A program made the position numbers and the translations under genes. The notes beneath the pieces are model-generated. The model was given only the letters and a program-made list of their open reading frames with translations, searched no databases and was not told the origin of the DNA. Below, piece by piece: positions 50,317 to 60,705 of a stretch of 64,000 nucleotides of DNA. Numbering within the stretch: the first letter of the stretch is position 1; each line of letters opens with the position of its first letter. The DNA lies in assembly GCA_965219455.1 (NCBI GenBank), contig OZ244744.1, forward strand, positions 5,472,001 through 5,536,000. The letters run 5' to 3'. Origin of the DNA: Candidatus Latescibacterota bacterium. Its GTDB lineage: Bacteria > Latescibacterota > UBA2968 > GCA-2709665.

Positions 50317-51135
50317 ATGTACCGTACGCTCGTTTACCTCGTCTTCAGCCAACTCGCCGTTGGCGGGTTGTTGTCAATGCTGGTCGTCCCACTCGAAGCC
50401 GGCAAACGCTTTTTCCGATTCTGTACACTCGCGTGCCTGGTGTTTCTCCTGGTGGCGCTGCGGGTAGGCCCGTTCCCTATTCTAACGCCATTGGCGGATG
50501 GCGCGACCGACTCCACGCTGCCGCGACGGCTATTGTTGGCCAGCGCCCTGCTCGCTTTAATCTACCTTCTTGCGGTCGTCGCCGAACGCATAAAGCCCCA
50601 AAAACCGCTGCTTGCCGCCGCGGGTCTGACCGGTGCGGCCGGCCTTCTGTCGGACGGGTATCTTGCCTGTACGGCCTGTTCCCCTTTTGCAGCCGGCGTG
50701 TTTGCCGCCGCCAGTTACCTGACTTCCGCCCTGTTCCTGGGCAGCGTAATTTTCGCGATGATCCTGGGCCATTGGTACCTCGTGGTACCTGCGCTACACA
50801 TCCGGCCCCTGCGCGCCCTCACGCAATTGATGCTTGGCGCCACGCTGGCTAAAGCGATGCTGACCGCGCTCACGCTATACGTCTTCTGGGCGGACGGCGA
50901 CATTCAGACAAGGGAAACGCTTCGATCATTTTTGGGACTGGGCGGTCTTTTTCTCTGGGTACGCGTGCTCTTTGGCCTGATCGGTCCGCTCATCGTGTGT
51001 TTTATGGTCTGGCAAACCGTCAAGATTCACTCGACCCAGTCGGCGACCGGGCTGCTTTACGTGGCCACGATTTTTGTTTTGATCGGGGAATGCGTTTCCT
51101 GCTATATTTTTTATACGACAACCATACCGGTCTAA
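50317..51135 (+). CDS. Polytopic membrane protein (DmsC/NrfD-like?)
   Basis: About 8 transmembrane segments, MILGHWYL and QSATGLLY. Confidence 0.7.
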   Translation: MYRTLVYLVFSQLAVGGLLSMLVVPLEAGKRFFRFCTLACLVFLLVALRVGPFPILTPLADGATDSTLPRRLLLASALLALIYLLAVVAERIKPQKPLLAAAGLTGAAGLLSDGYLACTACSPFAAGVFAAASYLTSALFLGSVIFAMILGHWYLVVPALHIRPLRALTQLMLGATLAKAMLTALTLYVFWADGDIQTRETLRSFLGLGGLFLWVRVLFGLIGPLIVCFMVWQTVKIHSTQSATGLLYVATIFVLIGECVSCYIFYTTTIPV

Positions 51136-51154
51136 CAGCCCATTGAAAAAGTCC

Positions 51155-51601
51155 ATGGAAATCAGTTTTCGCTGTCCCGAATGTCAGTCCGTGAACCAGT
51201 TCCAGGCTTCCCGGACCGAAACATCCTGTACGGCCTGCGGCCTGAATTTTCCAATGGCCTTCTCGGACAAAATCGTACGTAGTAACCAGGTCGACGTCTG
51301 CCCCTGCTGTGGAAAGTCCGACTTTTACGTCCAGAGAGACTTCAATGGAAGAATCGGCCTGGCAATCGCCGTCCTGTTTGCCGTCGTCGGCCTGGTTTTC
51401 GTGGCGCTGGACCGCCCGATTTACTTCTATGCCAGCCTGGGGGCAGCCGCAATTATTGATCTCGCACTGTACCTGAGTCTGCCGGAAATCACGATTTGTT
51501 ACAGTTGCAAGACTGCCTTTCGGGGCGCCCGAAAGAACCCGCAGCATCAGCCATTCGACCTGCATACGGCAGACATGTACGACAATCGCGCCAAGGGCTG
51601 A
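51155..51601 (+). CDS. Zinc-ribbon membrane protein
   Basis: CPEC, CTAC, CPCC, two transmembrane segments and CYSC. Confidence 0.75.
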   Translation: MEISFRCPECQSVNQFQASRTETSCTACGLNFPMAFSDKIVRSNQVDVCPCCGKSDFYVQRDFNGRIGLAIAVLFAVVGLVFVALDRPIYFYASLGAAAIIDLALYLSLPEITICYSCKTAFRGARKNPQHQPFDLHTADMYDNRAKG

Positions 51602-51652
51602 CCCGCTGTCCGGAGCTGGGTTCGCCGGCGGGCATCCACGATTGTTCCGTCC

Positions 51653-52228
51653 TCAACCGACCCTTCGCCGTTGCAGCAATTCGAGAAACTCCTCGCGAGT
51701 TGTGCGGTCCTTGAAAACCCCCCGGACGGCGGAGGTGGTCGCCCAGGCACCCGGTTTTTCCACGCCTCGCATTTCCATACACAGGTGCCGGGCCTCAACC
51801 ACCACAATGGACCCTTTGGGTGCCAGTTCGCGTTCCAGATATTCTACGATCTGGTGGGTCATCCGCTCCTGAATCTGCGGCCGCCGGGCGTAATACTCCA
51901 CCATCCGCACCAATTTGCTCAACCCCACGATCTGGGCCGTTGGGATATAGCCCACGTGAACCCTGCCCAAGAAGGGCAATAAATGGTGTGCGCACATCGA
52001 GTAGAACGTGATATCGGTCATTGCCACCATATTGTCGAACCCGTCGTCATTGGGAAACATCGTGATGTCGGGTTCGTTGTCTTCGTCGAGCCCCTGAAAA
52101 ATCTCCAGGTACATCCGGGCGAAGCGTCGCGGCGTGTCCCTCAGGTTGGGATCCTTCATGTCCAGGTTGAGCACCTTCATGATTTCCGCGATATGATACC
52201 CGATCCGCTCGACTTTGTCTTCCGCCAT
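51653..52228 (-). CDS. folE: GTP cyclohydrolase I
   Basis: DTPRR, SMCAHHLLPF, GLSKL, RPQIQER and HLCMEMRG. Confidence 0.96.
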   Translation of the reverse strand: MAEDKVERIGYHIAEIMKVLNLDMKDPNLRDTPRRFARMYLEIFQGLDEDNEPDITMFPNDDGFDNMVAMTDITFYSMCAHHLLPFLGRVHVGYIPTAQIVGLSKLVRMVEYYARRPQIQERMTHQIVEYLERELAPKGSIVVVEARHLCMEMRGVEKPGAWATTSAVRGVFKDRTTREEFLELLQRRRVG

Positions 52229-52259
52229 GGCTGCTCCTCTATCTCGCGTATACACGGAC

Positions 52260-52832
52260 TCAGTCTGCAGCGCCAAAAGCCAGTCCCAGGCTGATCCGGA
52301 ACGAGGAGTCCGCTTCCTCGTCGGCGATCATCATCTTGAGTTCTCCGAACCATAGTACACCCGGGCCAACCCGTCTTCGGAATCCAAGTGGGATATTCAG
52401 GGTAACCTTCGTGTCCTCCGGGACAGCCAGGTTGATCGAGCCTCCCTGCCCACCGGGCTCGATAATGTCGAACCGCGTCAGGTGCACGCCGATTCCGCCG
52501 CCCACGTAGCCGACGGTGTTTCCCTGGCCGAAATTGAACTGCGCTTCTCCGTTCAGGGAATATATCTTCATATTGTCCTGAATAACCAGATCCACACCCG
52601 GAACGAGATGGAGACGCGGTATAAACATGGATCCGAAATCGACGTGCCCGCCAAGCGTCAGACGGACTGAGTCGAACTCGTACGCGGCGTAATAATTGTC
52701 CGACTCGCCACGGGTAAGGTCAATGCCGACCTTTACGCCAAGGCCGCGCAAGCCGAGCGCGTCGGCCCGGCAGTGACCCAGCACCAGGCAGGCCACAATC
52801 ACACCAAATGTCCAGCGTGTACATTTGCACAT
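52260..52832 (-). CDS. Outer-membrane beta-barrel-like protein
   Basis: Signal peptide, alternating beta strands and near-terminal Phe. Confidence 0.6.
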   Translation of the reverse strand: MCKCTRWTFGVIVACLVLGHCRADALGLRGLGVKVGIDLTRGESDNYYAAYEFDSVRLTLGGHVDFGSMFIPRLHLVPGVDLVIQDNMKIYSLNGEAQFNFGQGNTVGYVGGGIGVHLTRFDIIEPGGQGGSINLAVPEDTKVTLNIPLGFRRRVGPGVLWFGELKMMIADEEADSSFRISLGLAFGAAD

Positions 52833-52912
52833 AGGGTTACCCCCCAGTTTATGAGAGTGACCGGTCGTTGGCACCGTCCCGGCGATGCTTCACGCCGCCC
52901 GCCATCGTGCCA

Positions 52913-54004
52913 TCATACGTTGAAGAGGAATCGAATGACGTCGCCGTCCTGAACGGCGTAATGTCTGCCTTCCGCGCGCATCCTGCCCGTTTCACGCAAC
53001 CCTGCGATGCTGCCGGCAGCCAGGACGTCCTGGTAGGCGGCAACTTCCGCCCGGATGAACCCTCGCTCGATGTCCGAGTGAATCCTTCCCGCGGCGTCAG
53101 GAGCCCGCATTCCCTCAAGGACTTCCCAGGCCTGCAGTTTATCGTTTGCGGTGGTATAGAAAGTAATCAGCCCCAACAGGGCGTAGCCCGCACGAATCAG
53201 CAGGTTCACGCCGGGCTGTTTCAACCCCATGTCCGCAACAAAGGCCGTCCGGTCGGCGGGCGGTAACTCGGCCACCTCCGCCTCAATCTGCGCCGCCAGC
53301 GGAAGCACCCTGTCGGCGCCGACCAACGCCCGCAACCGGGCCGTTCGGACGCCCCCGTCCGGCAGGTCCGCCTCCGGAACGTTCGTTACGTACAAGACGG
53401 GTTTGGCGGTGAGAAAATTAAAGGGTCTCAGGGCCTCCAATTGCGCTTCCGGCAGGTCCTGTTCTCTTATTGGCAGAGACCGTCCCAGCCCTTCGATGGC
53501 TTTTCTCAAGGCTTCGTGTGCAAAGCGTTCCGGGGCGCGGGGATTTGAACGCAGAACTTTTTCGAGTCGGCGCGCGATCCCTTCCGCCGATTCGAGATCG
53601 GCCAATTCCAGTTCGGCTTCGACGGTTTTGACGTCCCGCACCGGATCCACGCCGCCTTCCACGTGCGGTACATTCTCGTTCTCGTAGCAGCGAACCACAT
53701 GAACCAGCGCGTCGACCTCCCGAATCCGCGCCAGAAACAGGTTGCCCAGGCCCTCGCCACGACTGGCGCCCCGAACCAGGCCGGCAATATCCACAAAGTG
53801 AACGAATGCGGGGACACAGGCCGCAGGTCCAAGCAGTTCATTCAGCCGTTGCAGGCGCTCGTCCGGTACTTCCACGACACCAACATTTGGTTCGACGGTA
53901 CAAAAGGGATAGTTCGACGCTTCGACACCGGCCAGGGTGAGCGCATTGAACAGGGTCGACTTGCCCACGTTTGGCAGGCCGATAATGCCGATATGCAGGG
54001 CCAT
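52913..54004 (-). CDS. ychF: Redox-regulated ATPase YchF
   Basis: GLPNVGKSTLFNALT, NYPFCT, DIAGLV, GFIRAE and VQDGD. Confidence 0.95.
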   Translation of the reverse strand: MALHIGIIGLPNVGKSTLFNALTLAGVEASNYPFCTVEPNVGVVEVPDERLQRLNELLGPAACVPAFVHFVDIAGLVRGASRGEGLGNLFLARIREVDALVHVVRCYENENVPHVEGGVDPVRDVKTVEAELELADLESAEGIARRLEKVLRSNPRAPERFAHEALRKAIEGLGRSLPIREQDLPEAQLEALRPFNFLTAKPVLYVTNVPEADLPDGGVRTARLRALVGADRVLPLAAQIEAEVAELPPADRTAFVADMGLKQPGVNLLIRAGYALLGLITFYTTANDKLQAWEVLEGMRAPDAAGRIHSDIERGFIRAEVAAYQDVLAAGSIAGLRETGRMRAEGRHYAVQDGDVIRFLFNV

Positions 54005-54063
54005 ACTTGCCGGCAGGTTACGTCAGACCTATGTGTGTCTGACAAAGAAACAGCCAGCGGCTC

Positions 54064-54142
54064 GTGTTCTGTCCCGGAAATAGACTGCCTGAATTCGGCC
54101 GACGAGTCGCCCGAATGGTGACATATTTCTGGGACGGGACAC
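54064..54142. mobile_element. Second MITE copy (79 bp, inverted, 42-bp internal deletion)
   Basis: The reverse complement matches 6069-6098 plus 6141-6189 with a few substitutions. Confidence 0.85.
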
Positions 54143-54184
54143 TAGAGGTAAACCGCTGGCCGACAGAGGCTTGACCAATAATAG

Positions 54185-54451
54185 TTAAAGGCCGCCGCTA
54201 ATGGCGGTGACAAAGTGGACCTCGCTCTCTCCCGCTACAAGCTGACGCATCCCGTCGTTGCTTACAACACCGTCGATGGCAACCGCCAGACCGGGCTTGA
54301 TGCGGCCTTCGTCGCAGATCCGCTCCTTGATTCCCGGAAACCTTGCCTCGAGGTTCTCGATAACCTCCCGAATCGTCTGTCCGGGTACGTGAACCTGCTC
54401 CTGACCGTTGGTCAGACGACGCATCAGCGACGGTATCCAGACCTCCGGCAT
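54185..54451 (-). CDS. MoaD/ThiS ubiquitin-like protein
   Basis: VWIPSLMR...LEARFPGI...FVTAISGGL. Confidence 0.88.
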   Translation of the reverse strand: MPEVWIPSLMRRLTNGQEQVHVPGQTIREVIENLEARFPGIKERICDEGRIKPGLAVAIDGVVSNDGMRQLVAGESEVHFVTAISGGL

Positions 54452-54454
54452 GGG

Positions 54455-56758
54455 TCACCCCCTCCCGTTGCCCCCGCCGTTGTTGTTAAAGAGTGTCTTC
54501 AGAACGCGCCCGGGAGACATGGGCAGGTCACGCAAACGCACCCCCACTGCGTGGTAGATCGCATTCGCCACAGCGGCAGGCGGCGGAACTATCGGCACCT
54601 CGCCCACACCTCGCACCCCGTACGGGTGTCCGGGGTTGGGCACCTCCACAATCAGTGTCTCGATCATCGGCAGATCCAGGCAGGTGGGCATCCGGTAGTC
54701 CAGCAGGCTGGCGTTAACCAGGTCGCCCTTGTCGTTGTAGTAGTATTCTTCGTTCAATGCCCATCCGATACCCTGCGCCACCCCTCCCTGCATCTGTCCT
54801 TCCACGTAGGCGGGATGTATGGCTTTGCCCGCATCCTGTACGATGGTGACCCTGAGAATGTCAACCTTGCCGGTTTCAGGATCGACTTCCACGTCCACGA
54901 CCATGACGGCGTAGGCCGGCCCCGCCTCCTTTCCCGACACTGCCGCACGCCCGACCACAGGACCGCCCGTCGCACCCAACTTACCCGCCAGTTCCGTGAA
55001 AGAAATTGCTTTTTCGGGGTCCGATCTGGATTTGAATTCACCGCCCTCAAAGACCACGTCGTCCTCTGATATCTCCCACAGTCTGGCCGCCCTGGCGACC
55101 ATCTGGCGTTTGGCGTCCTCCGCCGCCTCGTAACCGGCCCACCCCGTGGCAAAAGTCACGCGGCTCCCTCCGGTACCGTCCGTCTGCCCGATGGCATCGG
55201 TATCCACCACCATGGGTTTCACCTGCGCGGCGGGGATGCCAAGCACCTCGGCAACCTGCATCGCAATGGACGTCCGCGTGCCCCCGATATCGGGCGAACC
55301 CTCGACCAGACTGACCGTGCCGTCGGCATTGACGCTGACCACAACCGTGGAGGTGCCGCCCCCGTTGAACCAGAACCCGGAAGCCACACCGCGACCCCGA
55401 TTGGGCCCTTCGAGTGTGGATTGGTAATGTTCTGATGCCATAGCGGCCTTCACGCATTCATCGTGGCCGATCCTGGGAAAAACGGGACCGTCGGCCCGCC
55501 TGCTGCCTTCCATGGCGGAGTTCTTCAGGCGAAACTCGAGCGGATCCGTGTCTAGAATCTCGCAGATCTCGTCGATCACCGACTCTGCGGCGAAAGCGCC
55601 ATTGGTTGCCCCGGGGGCGCGGTATGCAGAGGTCTGTGGTTTGTTGACGACCACGTCGTACCCGTCGATGACCACGTTGGGAATGTCGTACGGAGAAAAG
55701 ATGCAGCCGGCGCCGGCGCCCACGGGTGATCCTGGATAGGCCCCGGCCTCGTAGGCCAGATACGCCTGCGCGGCAACCAGCTTGCCGTCGTTTGTGGCGC
55801 CCATCTTCACCTTCATATAGGAACCCGGAGTGGGGCCCGTCGCTTTTAAGACTTCGGTCCGGCTCATCACCATCTTTACGGGCTTGCCGGTCATTCGGGA
55901 CATCAACGCGGCCGTCGGTTCCTGGTAGACTCGGAACTTGCCCCCGAAACCACCGCCGATCTCTGCGGGTACCACCCGCACGTTCGAAGCGGGCACACCC
56001 ACCACGTCGGCAACCTGGCCGCGAACCTCGAACGTTCCCTGCGTGCTGGTCCAGATCGTGATCTGACCGTCCAGATTCCAGTGGGCGGTCACGTTGTGGG
56101 GTTCGATATAGCCCTGGTGCACCGTCTGGGTGCTGAACTCCCTCTCGACGACGACATCCGCTTCCTCGAATCCCCTATCGATGTTGCCCAGGGAATGCTG
56201 GAAATGACTGGCGATATTTCCCGGTTTATCGGTCGCTTGACCCAGGGACTTCATCTTCAACGACTCGTGCAGGAGGGGTGCGCCGGCTTCCATGGCGGGA
56301 CGGACGTCCATCACAGGATCCAAGACTTCGTATTCGACGTGGATAAGTGCGAGGGCCTCTTCGGCGATATGCGCAGACGTGGCGGCCACCGCCGCGACCG
56401 CATGGCCCTCGTAAAGTACCTTGCCGGAAGCCAATACATTTGTAACCAGGTGTGGCAGGCTAACGGACCCCTCCCCGATGTCGGCCACCTTGTCTTCGTA
56501 GTGTTGCGCGAGGTCGGCGCCCGTCATCACGGCCTTCACGCCCGCGAGGGCTTCGGCCGCGCGCGTATCGATGGACAGAATATGGGCGTGCGCGTGCGGG
56601 CTGCGGAGAGTCTTTCCGATCAACACGCCGGACGTGTGCGTATCCGCACCGTACTTCGCACGGCCCGTTACCTTATCCATGCCATCGTGGCGAATCGGTC
56701 GCGTTCCCACAACACGGTAGTTTTCAACGCCAAGATAGTCTTCGGTCTTTGTCGCCAT
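54455..56758 (-). CDS. Xanthine dehydrogenase-family molybdopterin-binding subunit (copy 2)
   Basis: DKVTGRA, LRSPHAHA, GGGFGGK, AYRAPG, EGQMQGG and GVGEVP. Confidence 0.93.
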   Translation of the reverse strand: MATKTEDYLGVENYRVVGTRPIRHDGMDKVTGRAKYGADTHTSGVLIGKTLRSPHAHAHILSIDTRAAEALAGVKAVMTGADLAQHYEDKVADIGEGSVSLPHLVTNVLASGKVLYEGHAVAAVAATSAHIAEEALALIHVEYEVLDPVMDVRPAMEAGAPLLHESLKMKSLGQATDKPGNIASHFQHSLGNIDRGFEEADVVVEREFSTQTVHQGYIEPHNVTAHWNLDGQITIWTSTQGTFEVRGQVADVVGVPASNVRVVPAEIGGGFGGKFRVYQEPTAALMSRMTGKPVKMVMSRTEVLKATGPTPGSYMKVKMGATNDGKLVAAQAYLAYEAGAYPGSPVGAGAGCIFSPYDIPNVVIDGYDVVVNKPQTSAYRAPGATNGAFAAESVIDEICEILDTDPLEFRLKNSAMEGSRRADGPVFPRIGHDECVKAAMASEHYQSTLEGPNRGRGVASGFWFNGGGTSTVVVSVNADGTVSLVEGSPDIGGTRTSIAMQVAEVLGIPAAQVKPMVVDTDAIGQTDGTGGSRVTFATGWAGYEAAEDAKRQMVARAARLWEISEDDVVFEGGEFKSRSDPEKAISFTELAGKLGATGGPVVGRAAVSGKEAGPAYAVMVVDVEVDPETGKVDILRVTIVQDAGKAIHPAYVEGQMQGGVAQGIGWALNEEYYYNDKGDLVNASLLDYRMPTCLDLPMIETLIVEVPNPGHPYGVRGVGEVPIVPPPAAVANAIYHAVGVRLRDLPMSPGRVLKTLFNNNGGGNGRG

Positions 56759-56820
56759 TTTGATCTGATCTCCGGAAATTAACGCGCGGCGTCGCTCTTT
56801 GGGCACGCGCACGGTGTCCC

Positions 56821-59100
56821 TTATGTACCATTTTTATTCCACATTGCCTTCAGGACGTTGCCTGGAGACATCGGCAACACGTTCATCCGAACGCCCGCAG
56901 CGCGGTAGATGGCATTGGCCAGCGCCGCCGGGGGCGGCACAATGGGCACCTCTCCGACGCCGCGCACCCCGTAGGGATGGCCGGGATTGGGCACTTCCAC
57001 AATGATGGTTTCGATCATGGGAAGGTCCAGGCAGGTCGGCATCCGGTAATCGAGAAGGCTGGCATTGGTCAACTCGCCCTTCTCGTTGTACCAGTACTCT
57101 TCGTTCAGTCCCCATCCGATTCCCTGAGCCGCGCCCCCCTGCATCTGGCCCTCGACGTAAGCGGGATGAATGGCCTTGCCGGCATCCTGCACCATGGTCA
57201 CCCTCTGAATATCGACTTTGCCCGTTTCCGGGTCGGTCTCTATGTCCGCAATCATCAGCGAGAAAGCCCCCCCAACCCCTTGCGGATCCACCGTCGCACG
57301 CCCGACAACCGGCCCACCCGTCTCGTTAAGATTCCCTGCCAATTCCTTGAACATCAGTGACTTTGATGGGTCGGACCTGGACTTGAACGTGCCATCCTCA
57401 AAAGCCACGTCGTCCGGGGAGATCTCCCAGTACTTCGCTGCTCGATCGACCATTTGCGCAACGATATCCTGCGCCGCGTTGTAGGCAGCCCAGCCCGTTG
57501 CGAACGTGACCCGGCTGCCGCCGGTCACGTCGGTCTCCCCCACGCCGTCGGTATCGGCCACGACGGGATTGACGTCTTCCGCCGGAATCCCCAGTGCCTC
57601 GGCGAGTTGCATGGCGACCGAGGTTCTCGTGCCGCCGATATCCGTGGAGCCTTCCACCAGGCTTACGGTGCCGTCGGTATTCACCGACGCGCACGCGCTG
57701 GACTTGAGCCCCACGTTGAACCAGAAGCCCGAGGCCACCCCCCGGCCCCGGTTTTTGCCCTTCAGAGGCGCGTTGTAGTGGTCGCTTTCCATCGCCGCCT
57801 TCAAGACCTCTACGTGGCCAATACGGGGAAACGTGGGTCCGTCCGCACGTCGTGTACCCTCTTTTGACGTGTTTTTCATTCGGAACTCGAGGGGGTCCTC
57901 GCCCAGCCTCTCGCAAAGCTCGTCTACAATGGTCTCGGAGGCGAAGGCCGCGTTCGTGGCCCCCGGGGCCCTATAGGCCATCGTCTGCGGCTTATTCACG
58001 ACGACATTGTACCCGTCGATGGTCACGTTTTCAATGTCGTATGGTGCGAAAATACACATCGCGCCGGGTTCGGCCCACGCTCCGGCGAATCCGCCGGACT
58101 CGTAGGCCAGGTAGGCCTCGGCGGCCACGAGTTTCCCGTCGTTCGTCGCCCCCATCTTCACCCGTATGTATGACCCGGGCGTCGGCCCCGTGGCCTTGAT
58201 TACCTCGTCGCGGCTCATGACCATTTTAACGGGCAGGCCCGATTTTCTGGACAGAATCGCGGCGACGGGCTCCAGGTAAACCCTGATTTTCCCGCCAAAA
58301 CCCCCGCCGATTTCGGTGGGGACCACCCGGACGTTCACGGGCGACATCTGCAGCAGGCCCGCCAGTTGCTCGCGCACCGTGAACGATCCCTGAGTGCTGC
58401 ACCAGACGATTAACCGGCCATCCGGGTTCCAGAGCGCCGTGGCATTCTGCGGTTCGATGTAACCCTGGTGTACGGTGTCCGTGAAAAACTCCTTCTCGAT
58501 CACCAAATCCGCCTCGGCGAAGCCCTTCTCGATGTCTCCCAGTTTATGCTGAAAGTGCGTGGCGATATTGCTCGGCGTGCCCGTATCTTCGCCCAACGAT
58601 TGCGTCGTCAGTGTGTCGTGCAGACGCGGGGACTCCGGCTTCATGGCCTCCCGCACGTCCAGCAGCGGCTCCAGGACTTCGTATTCCACTTCTATAAGCC
58701 CGAGCGCCTCCTCAGCAATGTGGGGACTCGTAGCCGCCACAGCAGCCACTGCATGGCCGTCGTAGACCACCTTACCATCGGCCAGCACGTTTGCCCGCAG
58801 GTCCAGCATATTGGCAGCGCCCTCACCAAGGTCCTCGACCTTGTCTTCCGGCACGGGTATATCGGCAACCGTGGCCACTGCCTTCACTCCGTGGAACGAT
58901 TCGGCCTTGACGGTGTCGATTGAGACAATGCGCGCGTGGGCGTGCGGACTTCGTAACACCTTGCCGTAGATCATGCCGGACATTTGTACATCGGCTCCGT
59001 AAATAGCCCGTCCGGTGACCTTGTCCACCCCATCGTGTCTGATGGGCCGCGTGCCGAGCACTTTGTACTCTTTAATGCCGAGAAAATCTTCGCCTGGCAT
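56821..59100 (-). CDS. Xanthine dehydrogenase-family molybdopterin-binding subunit (copy 1)
   Basis: Same motifs as 54455-56758. Confidence 0.93.
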   Translation of the reverse strand: MPGEDFLGIKEYKVLGTRPIRHDGVDKVTGRAIYGADVQMSGMIYGKVLRSPHAHARIVSIDTVKAESFHGVKAVATVADIPVPEDKVEDLGEGAANMLDLRANVLADGKVVYDGHAVAAVAATSPHIAEEALGLIEVEYEVLEPLLDVREAMKPESPRLHDTLTTQSLGEDTGTPSNIATHFQHKLGDIEKGFAEADLVIEKEFFTDTVHQGYIEPQNATALWNPDGRLIVWCSTQGSFTVREQLAGLLQMSPVNVRVVPTEIGGGFGGKIRVYLEPVAAILSRKSGLPVKMVMSRDEVIKATGPTPGSYIRVKMGATNDGKLVAAEAYLAYESGGFAGAWAEPGAMCIFAPYDIENVTIDGYNVVVNKPQTMAYRAPGATNAAFASETIVDELCERLGEDPLEFRMKNTSKEGTRRADGPTFPRIGHVEVLKAAMESDHYNAPLKGKNRGRGVASGFWFNVGLKSSACASVNTDGTVSLVEGSTDIGGTRTSVAMQLAEALGIPAEDVNPVVADTDGVGETDVTGGSRVTFATGWAAYNAAQDIVAQMVDRAAKYWEISPDDVAFEDGTFKSRSDPSKSLMFKELAGNLNETGGPVVGRATVDPQGVGGAFSLMIADIETDPETGKVDIQRVTMVQDAGKAIHPAYVEGQMQGGAAQGIGWGLNEEYWYNEKGELTNASLLDYRMPTCLDLPMIETIIVEVPNPGHPYGVRGVGEVPIVPPPAALANAIYRAAGVRMNVLPMSPGNVLKAMWNKNGT

Positions 59101-59582
59101 CAGACCTTCTCCTTCAACGTCCCCGCGGTGTCCATCACCGCTCTGACGATTTTATCGTATCCCGTGCACCGGCAAAGATTCCCCGCCAGCCACAGGCGAA
59201 TCCGGTGCTCGTCGGGTTCCGGTTCCCGGTCCAGCAGCGCCTTCGCCGCCACGATGAATCCGGGCGTACAAACCCCGCACTGAAGGGCCGCATGCTCCAG
59301 GAATTTCTGCTGTAGGGGATGCAGCCCCTCCGCGGTGGCCACCCCCTCGATCGTGGTGATGCCGCATCCCTCCGCCTCAACGCCCAGCGCCAGACAGGAG
59401 TTGATTACGCGACCGTCTACGATCACGCTGCAGGCGCCACAGTTGCCGTTGCCGCAACCCTCCTTGGAGCCGGTGAGACCCAGGTTGTCGCGAAGCACCT
59501 CCAGCAACGTATCCCGGGGTTCACACAGAAATTCCGTTTCTTCTCCGTTAATTGTTGTTGTCACATGAACTTTACCAGCCAT
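59100..59582 (-). CDS. 2Fe-2S small subunit (CoxS-like)
   Basis: GCGNGNCGAC, QCGVC and NLCRCTGY. Confidence 0.95.
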   Translation of the reverse strand: MAGKVHVTTTINGEETEFLCEPRDTLLEVLRDNLGLTGSKEGCGNGNCGACSVIVDGRVINSCLALGVEAEGCGITTIEGVATAEGLHPLQQKFLEHAALQCGVCTPGFIVAAKALLDREPEPDEHRIRLWLAGNLCRCTGYDKIVRAVMDTAGTLKEKV

Positions 59583-59634
59583 TGTATCCGGACTCCTTTT
59601 TTTCGTATGAGCAGGAGATTAAAGACCCGTAGAT

Positions 59635-60504
59635 TTATCTTGCGCGTTCAACCGCGCCGCGGACTGCACGCCGGGTCAATACCCCCGTCAGATGTTTCCG
59701 CTGCTCAATGGTCCCGCGCATATCCGTAATGGGTGTGGCGGATTGCCGAGCGATCTCGGCTGCCAATTCGATTGTTTGATCCGAGACCTCGTTACCGGCA
59801 AGGGCGGCCCCCGCGTCGGGCAGGTAAAGAGGGATGGGCGCCACCGCGCCCACGGCGATTCGGGCGGACTCGAACGCGTTCTTCTCGGCGTTCAACACCA
59901 CGGACGCCGCGGCGTTGACAACGGCGATATCCATTTCGTTCCGGGGAATGAAGCGGAGAAAATACGCCCCGGAGTTCGCTGCGGGAGGAGGAAAATGGAC
60001 GGACACCAGGAACTCGCCGTCCTGCAACACGGATTGCCCGGGAGCCGTGCAGAAGCCCTCCACATCGACCTCTCGACGACCGCCGGGTCCGGCGATTTTC
60101 GCGGTGGCCCCCAGGACGATCAGCGTGGGTATGGTGTCTGCCGCCGGGGACGCATTACACAGGTTTCCGCCGATGGTCGCCCGACCCTGGATCTGAATGG
60201 AGCCGATGAGTGCCGTCGAATCCACGAGCGCCGGGTAATTTGACGCCACATCCTCGTTTTCGTAGATGTCGCAACAGGACACCCCGGCGCCGATTGTCAA
60301 CCCGTGTTGAGAATCGAACGAGAGTTCGTTCGCCTCAAGTATTTTCTTGACGTCCACCAGCACTTTCACCTGGCGTCGTCCCTCTTTCATCTGTGCAATA
60401 ATGTCGGAACCGCCCGCCAGCATCCTGGCATGCGAGCCGTTTTCCGAAAGCACGGCGACGGCTTCGTCGACGGTTTGAGGCGCTACGTAATCGAACGCTT
60501 GCAA
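59635..60504 (-). CDS. FAD-binding medium subunit (CoxM-like)
   Basis: LAGGSD, ATIGGNLCNASPAAD and PITDMRG; TTG start with AGGAGG SD. Confidence 0.93.
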   Translation of the reverse strand: MQAFDYVAPQTVDEAVAVLSENGSHARMLAGGSDIIAQMKEGRRQVKVLVDVKKILEANELSFDSQHGLTIGAGVSCCDIYENEDVASNYPALVDSTALIGSIQIQGRATIGGNLCNASPAADTIPTLIVLGATAKIAGPGGRREVDVEGFCTAPGQSVLQDGEFLVSVHFPPPAANSGAYFLRFIPRNEMDIAVVNAAASVVLNAEKNAFESARIAVGAVAPIPLYLPDAGAALAGNEVSDQTIELAAEIARQSATPITDMRGTIEQRKHLTGVLTRRAVRGAVERAR

Positions 60505-60705
60505 GGTTCGTTCCTCCTGTACGATGTTGGGGGATCTCCCGGCAGCAAAATACAACCTGAATAGACCTTGGGATTGGGGGTAAGAATACGCTTTCGTCGG
60601 CGTGTTGTCAAGGGTTTTCGGGGTGCCTTCCGCATCCGCCTTGCCCCCCGCTTCCCCCCGCCCAAGACCCGTTTTTCGGCGCGACTCGATACGATCCGGG
60701 GCGCC

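Noticed and set aside
54455-59100. Aerobic CO dehydrogenase (coxL)
   Set aside because: The active-site loop is AYRAPG, not a form I or form II CODH motif.
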